DNA of 57,933 nucleotides from Gammaproteobacteria bacterium (GTDB lineage Bacteria; Pseudomonadota; Gammaproteobacteria; Ga0077536): NCBI GenBank assembly GCA_016874535.1, contig VGUA01000005.1, positions 1 to 57,933 of the forward strand, read 5' to 3'. Shown piece by piece: positions 49,663 to 57,933 of this stretch (position 1 is its first letter; each line of letters starts with the position of its first letter). The notes under the pieces were generated by a model. It saw only the letters and a program-made list of their open reading frames with translations, ran no database searches and was not told where the DNA came from. The position numbers and the translations under genes were made by a program.

Positions 49663-50766
49663 TCAGAGCCTCATGGGCATGACGACGTACCTGCTGCGCG
49701 GGTCGTCGGCTGCCTGAATGAGACAACTGCTGTTTGAATCGGACAAGGTGATTTGCACGGATTCGGCCTGCAGCACACCCAGGACATCCAGCAGATAGGA
49801 AACATTGAAACCTATCTCTAGCGCTTCCCCGGGGTATTCGATCTCGATCTCCTCTTCGGCTTCCTCCTGCTCCGGGTTGTGAGCAGAGGCCTTCAGTACG
49901 CCTGAGCTGAAACTCAGCCGAACGCCACGGAATTTCTCGTTGGAAAGAATGGAGGTTCTTTGCAACGCAGCGCGCAGTGTCTCCCTGTGAGAGACCACCG
50001 TTTTGTCACCATTGCGCGGAATAACGCGCTCATAATCGGGGAACTTGCCGTCAACAAGCTTGACCGTGACAGTCTGGCCAGCGCCCGTTACGCGCAGGGC
50101 ATTGGAGGAAATCCCCAGCGTCAGGAGTCCGTCCACATGCGAAGCCAAGCGCTGGATTTCAGCAACACCTTTGCGTGGGACAATGAGCTGTCGATTGCCA
50201 GTGACCGCCTCAATTTCCAGCGTTCTCTCTGAGAGGGTCAGGCGATGCCCGTCAGTGGCTACCGCCCGCAAGGTCTTGCCAGTAATTTCCAGCAACAATC
50301 CGTTGAGGTAGTAGCGCACGTCCTGATGTGCCATGGCGAACTGGGTTGCACTAATGAGCGATTGCAAGAGTCCACCTTCCACGGTGAGGGTCATTTCTTC
50401 TGCGGGGTAACCCAGAGCTGGAAAATCGCTGGCTGGCAGGGTGGACAACATGAACCGGCTGCGGCCGGTCTGGATTCGCACCTTCTTGTCCTTCTCTTCC
50501 AACAGCAAGGTGGACTGCCCGGGTAGAGACCTGACGATATCGAGCAGTTTGCGTCCTGGAAGCGTGATCACACCGGTGCGGGACACTGTAGCGTCAATCT
50601 TGGCGACGGCTTCGACTTCCATGTCCGTAGCGGTGAGGTTCAATTCCGATCCGTCCGCCGAGAGCAGGATGTTGCTCAGTATTGGCAGGGTCTGACGCCT
50701 TTCCACAACATTGGCGACTGCCTGCAACGCAAGAAGCAGAGTCTCTCTCTCAATACTGATTTTCAT
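49663..50766 (-). CDS. dnaN: DNA polymerase III beta clamp
   Basis: ERRQTLPILSNIL, ATDME, QDVRYYLNG, VATDGHRL, GKFPDYERVIP and YVVMPMRL; start ATG 50766. Confidence 0.99.
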   Translation of the reverse strand: MKISIERETLLLALQAVANVVERRQTLPILSNILLSADGSELNLTATDMEVEAVAKIDATVSRTGVITLPGRKLLDIVRSLPGQSTLLLEEKDKKVRIQTGRSRFMLSTLPASDFPALGYPAEEMTLTVEGGLLQSLISATQFAMAHQDVRYYLNGLLLEITGKTLRAVATDGHRLTLSERTLEIEAVTGNRQLIVPRKGVAEIQRLASHVDGLLTLGISSNALRVTGAGQTVTVKLVDGKFPDYERVIPRNGDKTVVSHRETLRAALQRTSILSNEKFRGVRLSFSSGVLKASAHNPEQEEAEEEIEIEYPGEALEIGFNVSYLLDVLGVLQAESVQITLSDSNSSCLIQAADDPRSRYVVMPMRL

Positions 50767-50940
50767 ATTCTTGTATATGGATAAGTAGTGGTTATTGGTT
50801 GACTGCAAAAACAGAGCAACTATTTTTATCTTTTAAAATCAGACTCTTAAGTAGATTTCCGGCTCTTTCTGAAGGGGGATAACCACCTTTTGATCTGTGG
50901 ATAAAATCCGAATTCGCCATCTCCCCCCAACTTTTCCACA
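50767..50940. other. Putative replication origin (oriC) between dnaA and dnaN
   Basis: DnaA boxes: TGTGGATAA 50896-50904 (perfect), TTTTCCACA 50932-50940 and TATGGATAA 50776-50784 (1 mismatch each), GGGGGATAA 50874-50882 (2 mismatches). AT-rich tract about 50805-50855; IHF consensus at 50837-50849. Confidence 0.8.
50837..50849 (+). promoter_or_regulatory. IHF-binding consensus within the putative oriC
   Basis: AATCAG-ACTC-TTA matches WATCAR-N4-TTR exactly. Confidence 0.65.
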
Positions 50941-52296
50941 TCAACTGCTCAAGATTCTTTCCAGATTCACGTAGTCCTCATTGAGCCTGTTCTCGCTGCG
51001 CCTCAGCTCCGCAATCTTGCGGCACGCATGGATGACCGTTGTATGGTCCCTGCCACCAAAAGAGTCGCCAATTTCCGGCAGACTGTGATTGGTCAGCTCC
51101 TTGGCCAAGGCCATGGCGAGCTGACGGGGCCTGGCAACCGAACGGTTCCTGCGCTTGGAAACCAGGTCGGAGACCCTTATCTTGTAATATTCGGCCACGG
51201 TTTTCTGTATGTTGTCTATCGATATCATCTTGTCCTGAAGGGCCAGTAGATCCTTCAAGGCATCCCGCGCGAAATCTATCGTGATGGCGCTGCCGGAGAA
51301 ATGCGCATTGGCCTCCATCCGGTGCAACGCGCCTTCCAGCTCCCGGATGTTCGAACGGAAGCGCTTGGCTACGAAGAAAGCGACTTCGTGAGGAACGTCC
51401 AGGCCAATACGCTGAGCCTTGCTCATCAGGATAGCGACCCTCGTCTCCAGTTCCGCGGGTTCAATGGCGACGGTCAGGCCCCAGCCGAAGCGCGACTTCA
51501 GCCGCTCCTCCACCCCTGTAACCTCTTTCGGGTAACGGTCACAGGTCAGCACTATCTGCTGCTGGCTTTCCAGCAATGCATTGAAAGTATGGAAGAATTC
51601 TTCCTGTGAGCGCTCCTTACCAGCAAAGAACTGGATATCATCGATGAGCAAGGCGTCGCAGGTTCGGTACTTGTTCTTGAACTCATTGATGCTGTTGTGT
51701 TGCAGCGCTCGCACCATGTCACCCACGAATTTCTCGGAGTGTATGTACTGGACCTTGGCCCCGGGTTTGCGCGCCTGAACCAGGTTGCCTATGGCCTGCA
51801 TTAGATGGGTCTTGCCGAGCCCCACGCCACCACAGATGAACAAGGGGTTGTAAGCCTTGCCAGGATTCTCGGCCACCTGAAGCGATGCGGCCCTCGCCAG
51901 CTGGTTGCTCTTGCCCTCTACAAAACTCTCGAAAGTGAAATCGCCCTTCAGGCCTCGACTCACGGGGCTGGCAGCGGCTACCGGGGTTGCCACGACGGCT
52001 GGCGACGCCGTTGCCTGTGTTCTTGTCGTGCCGGGTGCAGTCTCCCCTTTGGGCTCCGGGCGATCGCCTGTGCTGAAACTGACCGACAGGATTTGCTCAT
52101 CCAGGGAGCGCAGCAGCTCACTGATGCGCATGCCATATTTGTCCCTGACCCAGTCCACCACAAACCTGTTGGGCGCGATTATCTGCAAGACAGTGTCTGA
52201 TTTCTCGGCCAGCAAGGGTCTGATCCAGGTGTTGTACTGCTGGGGCGTGAGCTCTCGTTCGAGTATGCGCAGACACTGCAACCAAACGTCGGACAT
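50941..52296 (-). CDS. dnaA: Chromosomal replication initiator DnaA
   Basis: [44 protein letters not shown] and [12 protein letters not shown]. Confidence 0.99.
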   Translation of the reverse strand: MSDVWLQCLRILERELTPQQYNTWIRPLLAEKSDTVLQIIAPNRFVVDWVRDKYGMRISELLRSLDEQILSVSFSTGDRPEPKGETAPGTTRTQATASPAVVATPVAAASPVSRGLKGDFTFESFVEGKSNQLARAASLQVAENPGKAYNPLFICGGVGLGKTHLMQAIGNLVQARKPGAKVQYIHSEKFVGDMVRALQHNSINEFKNKYRTCDALLIDDIQFFAGKERSQEEFFHTFNALLESQQQIVLTCDRYPKEVTGVEERLKSRFGWGLTVAIEPAELETRVAILMSKAQRIGLDVPHEVAFFVAKRFRSNIRELEGALHRMEANAHFSGSAITIDFARDALKDLLALQDKMISIDNIQKTVAEYYKIRVSDLVSKRRNRSVARPRQLAMALAKELTNHSLPEIGDSFGGRDHTTVIHACRKIAELRRSENRLNEDYVNLERILSS

Positions 52297-52336
52297 GGAT
52301 GGCGGGCTTCTGTTTATTTTCGCGGGCGAGCGCCTG

Positions 52337-52388
52337 AGTCTAGCGAGCAGCGTCCGGGTTATCCACAGCGGACGCCAATTTATTCACA
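52337..52388 (-). promoter_or_regulatory. Candidate dnaA promoter with autoregulatory DnaA boxes
   Basis: TTATCCACA 52359-52367 (perfect) and TTATTCACA 52380-52388; on the minus strand TGGATA-N17-TAGACT, whose -35 lies inside the perfect box. Confidence 0.65.
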
Positions 52389-52398
52389 ACAACTGAAA

Positions 52399-52428
52399 TT
52401 GACAGTGGTATCAGGCACCTACTACCAT
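52399..52428 (+). promoter_or_regulatory. sigma70 promoter for the rpmH-rnpA-yidC operon
   Basis: TTGACA (52399-52404), 18-bp spacer, TACCAT (52423-52428), 35 bp before the rpmH ATG. Confidence 0.7.
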
Positions 52429-52463
52429 GACCGGCTCAAACAAGCGGACCCAGGGTCACCACA

Positions 52464-52601
52464 ATGAAACGCACCTACCAGCCCAGCAAACTCAAGCGCG
52501 CCCGGACCCACGGTTTCCGCGCCCGCATGGCCACCCGCGGTGGCCGCCTCGTTCTCAAGGCCCGCAGGGCTAAGGGTCGTGCCCGCCTTACACCGGTCTG
52601 A
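52464..52601 (+). CDS. rpmH: 50S ribosomal protein L34 (not in the ORF track)
   Basis: Manual translation: [45 protein letters not shown]. Confidence 0.98.
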   Translation: MKRTYQPSKLKRARTHGFRARMATRGGRLVLKARRAKGRARLTPV

Positions 52602-52971
52602 CCCTATCAGCCGATTCAGCAAGGCTTCCAGACTGTGCGGAGGTAGCGATTACCTCCGCCTGTTCAAATCCGGTCGCCGGCTCCGCACACGCTGCTTCAA
52701 CGTTTACACCGGTTGTTCGCCGGTGCATGCGCCGCGCCTCGGAATAGCGGTATCCAAGCGAAATGTCGCCCACGCGGTTGACCGGAACCGACTCAAGAGG
52801 ATTGCGCGGGAATCTTTCCGCCTTCATCTCGACCTCCTCCCCCCGAATGACGTCATCATCCAGATGAATCCGCCCGCCCGCTTGACTGGCAATGCGGAGT
52901 TACTCGATATGCTCGCGGCGGTTTGGGGAGACATTTCGCGCTTGTATCTACCTGTCAATTCGCCTGACTGA
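52579..52971 (+). CDS. rnpA: Ribonuclease P protein component
   Basis: [18 protein letters not shown] and [16 protein letters not shown]; start uncertain (GTG 52579 overlapping rpmH). Confidence 0.92.
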   Translation: MPALHRSDPISRFSKASRLCGGSDYLRLFKSGRRLRTRCFNVYTGCSPVHAPRLGIAVSKRNVAHAVDRNRLKRIARESFRLHLDLLPPNDVIIQMNPPARLTGNAELLDMLAAVWGDISRLYLPVNSPD

Positions 52972-52980
52972 AACGCCACC

Positions 52981-54615
52981 ATGGACCAGACCAGACTCAT
53001 CCTTCTCATCGCGCTGAGCTTCGTGTCATTGATGCTGTGGGAGGCATGGCAGCGTGATTACGGCCCTGCGCCGGCGCCAGCAGCGGTAGAAGAAACGCCC
53101 GGCGTGCGCGCCAATGACATGCCAGCGGTGGCGGCTGCTTCCGCGCCAGCCCCCGAGGTCTTGCCTGACCAAGCGATCGCCTCGGCGAGCCCCATCTCCG
53201 CCGCACCCATCACGGTCAAGACCGATCTGCTTTCCCTGGTGATCAATCCAACAGGCGGCGTCATAGAGCAGGCGGAACTGCGTGCCTATCCCGAGGACAG
53301 CGAAAATCCGGACGAGTCTTTCAAGTTGCTCGACACCAGCGCACAGCGCTACTTCATTCATCAGAGTGGGTTGAAGGCGGGGATCGCTGCCAGTGCTGAC
53401 CATTACGCGACTTACTTCAGTGCCTCAGCGCGTTACGAGTTGGCCGCAGCGGACGACACTCTGACGGTCACGCTCACCTGGCGCAGCCCGGAAGGCGTCG
53501 AGGTGGACAAGCAGTACATCCTGCGTCGCGGCAGCTATGTGGTCGAGCTCGCACACAAGATTCGCAACAACAGTGGAGCTGACTGGACCTACCATCACTA
53601 CGATCAGCTGCAGCGAAAGTTCATCGACACGACCCAATATTTCATTCATACCTTCACAGGTGCCGCCGTCTCCACGCCGGAGAAGCGCTACGAGAAATTC
53701 ACCTTTGAGGATTTGACAGAGGAACCGGTCAAACTTTCCAGCAGCAACGGCTGGGCCGCCATCCTCGAGCACTACTTCGTTGGTGCCATCGTTCCGGCAA
53801 AAGATCTCAGCTACCAGTATTACTCTTCCATCGTTTCCGAAGAGAGCTATGTCATTGGTTATTACGGCCCAGCCTCGACGGTGCAGCCGGGTGCCACCGC
53901 GGAAACCACCAGCCGTATTTTTCTCGGGCCCAAACTCCAGAAGACACTTGCAGAGGTCGCGCCGGGGCTGGAGCTGACGGTCGACTACGGCATGCTCTGG
54001 TTTATCGGCAAGATCCTGTTCTGGATTCTAGACCAATGGCATGGGCTGACCGGCAACTGGGGCTGGTCGATCATCCTTCTAACGATTGCCGTGAAGCTCA
54101 TGTTCTACCCATTGTCCGCCGCGGGTTACCGCTCCATGGCCAAGATGCGCAAGGTGCAACCACGCCTCGTGGCTCTGCGCGAACGCCACCAGAACGATCG
54201 CGCGGCGCTCAACCAGGCGATGATGGATCTCTACAGGAACGAGAAGATCAATCCGCTGGGAGGCTGTCTTCCAATCCTGATCCAGATTCCGGTATTCATC
54301 GCGCTCTACTGGGTGATTCTGGAAAGCGTGGAGCTTCGGCAGGCGCCGTGGACCCTCTGGATCACGGACCTCTCCATCAAGGATCCATTCTTCGTCCTGC
54401 CGGTGTTGATGACCCTCAGCATGTGGCTGCAGACCAAGCTGAATCCTGCACCCGTTGACCCGATCCAGGCGCGAGTCATGCAGATCATGCCGTTTGCCTT
54501 TGGTGCATTCTTTGCCTTCTTCCCGTCAGGTCTGGTGCTCTACTGGTTCGTGAACAACTGCCTATCCATCGCGCAGCAATGGACAGTGACGCGGGCGGAA
54601 GAACGCAAGGCTTGA
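52981..54615 (+). CDS. yidC: Membrane protein insertase YidC
   Basis: EHYFVGAI, LGPK, VDYG, GNWGWSIILLT, NPLGGCLP and WITDLSIKDP. Confidence 0.98.
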   Translation: MDQTRLILLIALSFVSLMLWEAWQRDYGPAPAPAAVEETPGVRANDMPAVAAASAPAPEVLPDQAIASASPISAAPITVKTDLLSLVINPTGGVIEQAELRAYPEDSENPDESFKLLDTSAQRYFIHQSGLKAGIAASADHYATYFSASARYELAAADDTLTVTLTWRSPEGVEVDKQYILRRGSYVVELAHKIRNNSGADWTYHHYDQLQRKFIDTTQYFIHTFTGAAVSTPEKRYEKFTFEDLTEEPVKLSSSNGWAAILEHYFVGAIVPAKDLSYQYYSSIVSEESYVIGYYGPASTVQPGATAETTSRIFLGPKLQKTLAEVAPGLELTVDYGMLWFIGKILFWILDQWHGLTGNWGWSIILLTIAVKLMFYPLSAAGYRSMAKMRKVQPRLVALRERHQNDRAALNQAMMDLYRNEKINPLGGCLPILIQIPVFIALYWVILESVELRQAPWTLWITDLSIKDPFFVLPVLMTLSMWLQTKLNPAPVDPIQARVMQIMPFAFGAFFAFFPSGLVLYWFVNNCLSIAQQWTVTRAEERKA

Positions 54616-55997
54616 AACCGCCGGAGAAGGCTGACGGCGCGCTGGCCGCCGTCAGCACCATCACGGCGATAGCAACACCCCCTGGCCCCGGCGCCATCGG
54701 AGTGTTGCGCCTCTCCGGCCCTCACAGCGCACGCATCACGCAAGCAGTGACGGGGTGTGTGCCGCCGCCACGGCAAGCCACCCTCCTGCCCATGCGTGGT
54801 GCCGACGGGGTGGTCCTCGATCGGGGCCTCGTGCTCCACTTTCCCGGTCCTGCCTCCTACACCGGTGAAGATCTGGTGGAGTTTCACACGCACGGCAGCC
54901 CGGCGATCTTGGCGGCGCTTCTGCAATCGCTCTATGCCCAGGGCGCAAGCCCGGCCCGACCTGGCGAATTCACGGAGCGAGCGTTCCTCAACGGGAAACT
55001 GGATTTGCTGCAGGCAGAAGCCGTAGCGGATCTCATCTCCGCGGGCACAGAACGGGCTTTGAAGGCAGCCAACCTTGCCATGGCTGGTCACTTTTCCCGA
55101 GCCATCGAATCCATCACAGAACGACTGGTCGATGCACGAGCGCTGCTGGAGGCGAGCATCGACTTCTCTGATGAGGGTTCCGTCGAAGAATCCCATCATA
55201 TCGAAGCGCTCCACATTGGGACCCGTGAACTGTGGCGGGAAATCGCAAACTTGCTCGGCAGCGCTCGTCACGGTGCACTACTCGTACGAGGTCAACGCGT
55301 GGTGCTCTGCGGCCCTCCCAATGTGGGCAAGTCGACGCTGATGAATGCCTTGAGCGGCAGTGCGCGTGCCATCGTCAGCGCACAGCCCGGCACTACGCGC
55401 GATGTGCTCACGGCGGAGCTGGATTTGGGTGGGATGTTGGTCACGCTCACAGACACCGCCGGGCTGCACGAAGTCGAGGAAGAGGTCGAACAAGAAGGAA
55501 TACGCCGCGCGCTCGCGGCGGTGGACGAAGCCGACCTCGTGCTGCTGGTGCACGATGCGGCGCAGGGCCGGAAGGTGATGTCCAGTCCGCCCGTGGCCTT
55601 ACAGCAAGCCGCTGAGCGCATCATCCATGTGCGCAACAAGATCGATCTGGTGGGAGAAACTGCCGGGCAGAGTCGGAATGCCGAAGGTCAAATCGAGGTC
55701 TCGATCACCGCACGTGATGAGCTAGGCCTCGACATCCTGCGCACGTGCATGCATCAATCCCTGGCGCGAGAAGCAGAGACAGACACGCCCATGCTGGCGC
55801 GAGAACGACACCTGAGGGCGCTGATGGAGGCGGAAGCGCTGGTGCACTTCGAGGATCTCGCGGAGTTCAGCGCGGATGTGGTGGAAACGGCGGAGCGCCT
55901 GCGTCTGGCCCATCGAGCCCTGACCGAGTTGACGGGTGAATTCACCACCGAGGACATGCTGGGCGAGATCTTCGGGCGGTTTTGTATCGGGAAGTAG
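54612..55997 (+). CDS. mnmE: tRNA modification GTPase MnmE/TrmE
   Basis: TITAIATPPG.GAIGVLRLSG, TGEDLVEFHTHG, GEFTERAFLNGKLDL, GPPNVGKS, GTTRD, DTAG and C-terminal FCIGK; TTG start overlapping the yidC stop. Confidence 0.98.
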   Translation: MKPPEKADGALAAVSTITAIATPPGPGAIGVLRLSGPHSARITQAVTGCVPPPRQATLLPMRGADGVVLDRGLVLHFPGPASYTGEDLVEFHTHGSPAILAALLQSLYAQGASPARPGEFTERAFLNGKLDLLQAEAVADLISAGTERALKAANLAMAGHFSRAIESITERLVDARALLEASIDFSDEGSVEESHHIEALHIGTRELWREIANLLGSARHGALLVRGQRVVLCGPPNVGKSTLMNALSGSARAIVSAQPGTTRDVLTAELDLGGMLVTLTDTAGLHEVEEEVEQEGIRRALAAVDEADLVLLVHDAAQGRKVMSSPPVALQQAAERIIHVRNKIDLVGETAGQSRNAEGQIEVSITARDELGLDILRTCMHQSLAREAETDTPMLARERHLRALMEAEALVHFEDLAEFSADVVETAERLRLAHRALTELTGEFTTEDMLGEIFGRFCIGK

Positions 55998-56045
55998 GTG
56001 CACTTACGGGGGGGGGGCGGCGCAACACCGGCTCAGTGCCGATAT

Positions 56046-56083
56046 GTCGCTGCAGGTCGGCGTAAGCGTCGATCTGCAGCGAC
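56046..56083. repeat. 17-bp hairpin between convergent mnmE and LLM genes
   Basis: GTCGCTGCAGGTCGGCG-TAAG-CGTCGATCTGCAGCGAC, fully paired with two G-U pairs. Confidence 0.75.
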
Positions 56084-56102
56084 CTGACTGTAACGACTGT
56101 AA

Positions 56103-57410
56103 TCAGGCATGTCCCTCAACGTGCGCGTAGCGCAGATCGACCAGTCCCTGACCATCCACCCGCGCACGTGGCAGCTCTTCCGGGGCCCGCTGCAATGCCG
56201 AGAATTCGGCGGTGGTATGCGGAGCGGGACGACCGGCGCGCAGATAGTCGGGCTTGCCATCCGGTTCGCGGAACGCCGGCATGACTTCCTCGGCGAATAT
56301 CTGCATGTTCTTCATGACCATCCAGTCCGGCATCGGGCCGTACGCAGAGCCTGCGTTCAGCACGCCACCGGCGCCGATCTGCTCGCAATACTCGCCGAGC
56401 TGATTCTTCACCGTCTCCGGTGATCCCACGATGATGTAGCCTTCCTTGACCAGCTCCTCATAGGACAGCGTGTGCTGCGGTTTGACCTTGCCTTTCACGA
56501 TCTGGGTCATGAAGTTGCGGAAAGATTTGGTCGACATGTAACCCGGCGGGAAGAAGATGTGATCGGGGATCTTGAGACCGGCATTGAAGATCCACGACAG
56601 ATGGGCTTTGGCCTCACGATGGGCCTGGGCATCAGTTTCCGCGACATAGATCGGGATGCACGCATTGAACATGCTGGCCGGCGCTTCGTAGCCCATTCGT
56701 CGACATCCTTCGCGCAGCCCATCCGCAGCCATCTTGCAGAACCAACGCGGGGCGTAAACCATCATGTAGGTGTACCGGTGCTTGGCAACGAACTGCAGCG
56801 TTTCCAGTGAACCCTGTCCCGGGACCCAGATCGGTGGATGCGGCTTCTGCAGCGGCAGCGGCACAGGGTTCACGTTCGGGACATAAAAGTGGTCGCCCTG
56901 ATAGGTGAATGGCCCGGGCTGGGTCCACGATTTGATGATGAGATCGTGGGCTTCATCGAAGCGGTCGACCGAATCAGCGGGCGGCACCCCATTGTTGAAA
57001 TACTCGCAGCCGATGCCGCGCACGAATCCGCAGATCATCCGTCCGCCTGACATCACATCGAGCATGGCAACCTCTTCCGCCACACGTAGCGGGTTACCGT
57101 GCAGCGGAATCGCATTGCCGATCACGCCGACGGGAATATGCGAAGTGCGTGCGATGACAGAGGACGCGATGATGTTCGGCGATGGCATGGTGCCGTAGAA
57201 ATTGGCGTGATGCTCGTTGATGCACGCGGCGTCGAAGCCGAAGCGTTCGGCGGCGACCAGCTGGTTGATGTATTCCTGATAAAGCGTGTGTCCACGCTGC
57301 GGGTCGTAATAGGTGTTGGGCAAGGTGACCCAAGTCGACTCAATCTGGTCCGCAGGCGGGATGTACGGATAGGGCATCAGATGGAAGAAATAGAAGCGCA
57401 GCTTGTTCAT
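56103..57410 (-). CDS. LLM-class flavin-dependent monooxygenase
   Basis: FFHLMPY, GFDAACINEHH, PSPNII, RVAEEVAMLDVMSGGR..GFVRG and PLQKPHPPIW. Confidence 0.9.
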   Translation of the reverse strand: MNKLRFYFFHLMPYPYIPPADQIESTWVTLPNTYYDPQRGHTLYQEYINQLVAAERFGFDAACINEHHANFYGTMPSPNIIASSVIARTSHIPVGVIGNAIPLHGNPLRVAEEVAMLDVMSGGRMICGFVRGIGCEYFNNGVPPADSVDRFDEAHDLIIKSWTQPGPFTYQGDHFYVPNVNPVPLPLQKPHPPIWVPGQGSLETLQFVAKHRYTYMMVYAPRWFCKMAADGLREGCRRMGYEAPASMFNACIPIYVAETDAQAHREAKAHLSWIFNAGLKIPDHIFFPPGYMSTKSFRNFMTQIVKGKVKPQHTLSYEELVKEGYIIVGSPETVKNQLGEYCEQIGAGGVLNAGSAYGPMPDWMVMKNMQIFAEEVMPAFREPDGKPDYLRAGRPAPHTTAEFSALQRAPEELPRARVDGQGLVDLRYAHVEGHA

Positions 57411-57931
57411 CGGGCAGCCTCCGTTATGTGTTGAGTGAGCGCCGCGGCGAGCGGCTCAGGTCGTTCCAGACAAAGTTCGTGGCCGGTCTCGGCGATCTTC
57501 TCCAGCCGGCACTGCGGCAGTACGCGCGCGTAGCGTTCGGCCATCTCATCCGGAACAAGGCGGTCATGCTCGGCGCGCACCACCAGGTTCGGGCAGGTAA
57601 CGCGCTGCAGGCGTCGTTCAAGCGCGATGTTGTAGCGCGGCGCCCAGATGAGACGCGCCGCGGCCGCAAATTCCGAATAGAGGTGAATGCCTTCATCAAA
57701 GTCATTCGGATCGGGCGTGAATTCGTTCTGCACGGTCTTGTCGTTGAACAGCCGATCCATCAGCTCGATGGGGCTCAGCTGGAAGAGATCAACCCCAGGG
57801 TTGTCGAGCAGCCGCAGACCGATGGGGGTCACCAGCGAGAGGCTTCGCAGGCGTCTCGGGTAGAACGACGCAAATTCAGCTGCCGCCCAGCCGCCCATCG
57901 AATACCCAACGAGATGAACCGAATCGAGCCC
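57407..57931 (-). CDS. Alpha/beta hydrolase, 3' part (5' end outside window)
   Basis: Frame is open to the window edge: GLDSVHLVGYSMGGW (GxSxG), D(RLVP) and TGHEL; stop overlaps the LLM start (ATGA). Confidence 0.88.
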   Translation of the reverse strand, partial: GLDSVHLVGYSMGGWAAAEFASFYPRRLRSLSLVTPIGLRLLDNPGVDLFQLSPIELMDRLFNDKTVQNEFTPDPNDFDEGIHLYSEFAAAARLIWAPRYNIALERRLQRVTCPNLVVRAEHDRLVPDEMAERYARVLPQCRLEKIAETGHELCLERPEPLAAALTQHITEAAR

Positions 57932-57933
57932 GA

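Noticed and set aside
50785-50800. DnaA-trio repeats in the putative oriC
   Set aside because: TAG TGG TTA TTG is only a loose match and is on the wrong side of the adjacent box relative to the Bacillus arrangement.

Overview
A GC-rich gammaproteobacterial chromosome segment that contains the replication origin. The right two-thirds (about 20-56 kb) is mostly conserved core: ggt-yfhL-coaD-rsmD-M16 pair/ftsY, rpoH, an aa3 cytochrome c oxidase cluster with assembly genes, bioBFCD/comF, gyrB-recF-dnaN-dnaA and rpmH-rnpA-yidC-mnmE. It has an oriC-like interval between dnaA and dnaN (DnaA boxes, IHF consensus, AT-rich tract) and two parS palindromes inside recF. The left 20 kb and the last 2 kb are accessory catabolic and transport genes. 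Most notable observations: (1) a tripartite ABC-HlyD-TolC exporter whose ATPase domain has lost essentially every catalytic motif, with three in-frame nonsense codons in the operon; (2) a perfect CIRCE operator overlapping a sigmaE-like promoter directly upstream of rpoH; (3) ftsE/ftsX are missing from the usual ftsY-ftsEX-rpoH locus, which instead holds an inverted four-gene cassette (Baeyer-Villiger monooxygenase, cupin, PQQ dehydrogenase with a WGYD active-site variant, HExxH protein); (4) a frameshifting deletion in the non-catalytic M16B peptidase subunit; (5) an SGNH-fold protein lacking its catalytic Ser and His; (6) a tightly coupled SnoaL-GNAT-nitrilase-lactonase-Atl operon. All family assignments come from motif recognition by eye; no database searches were run.
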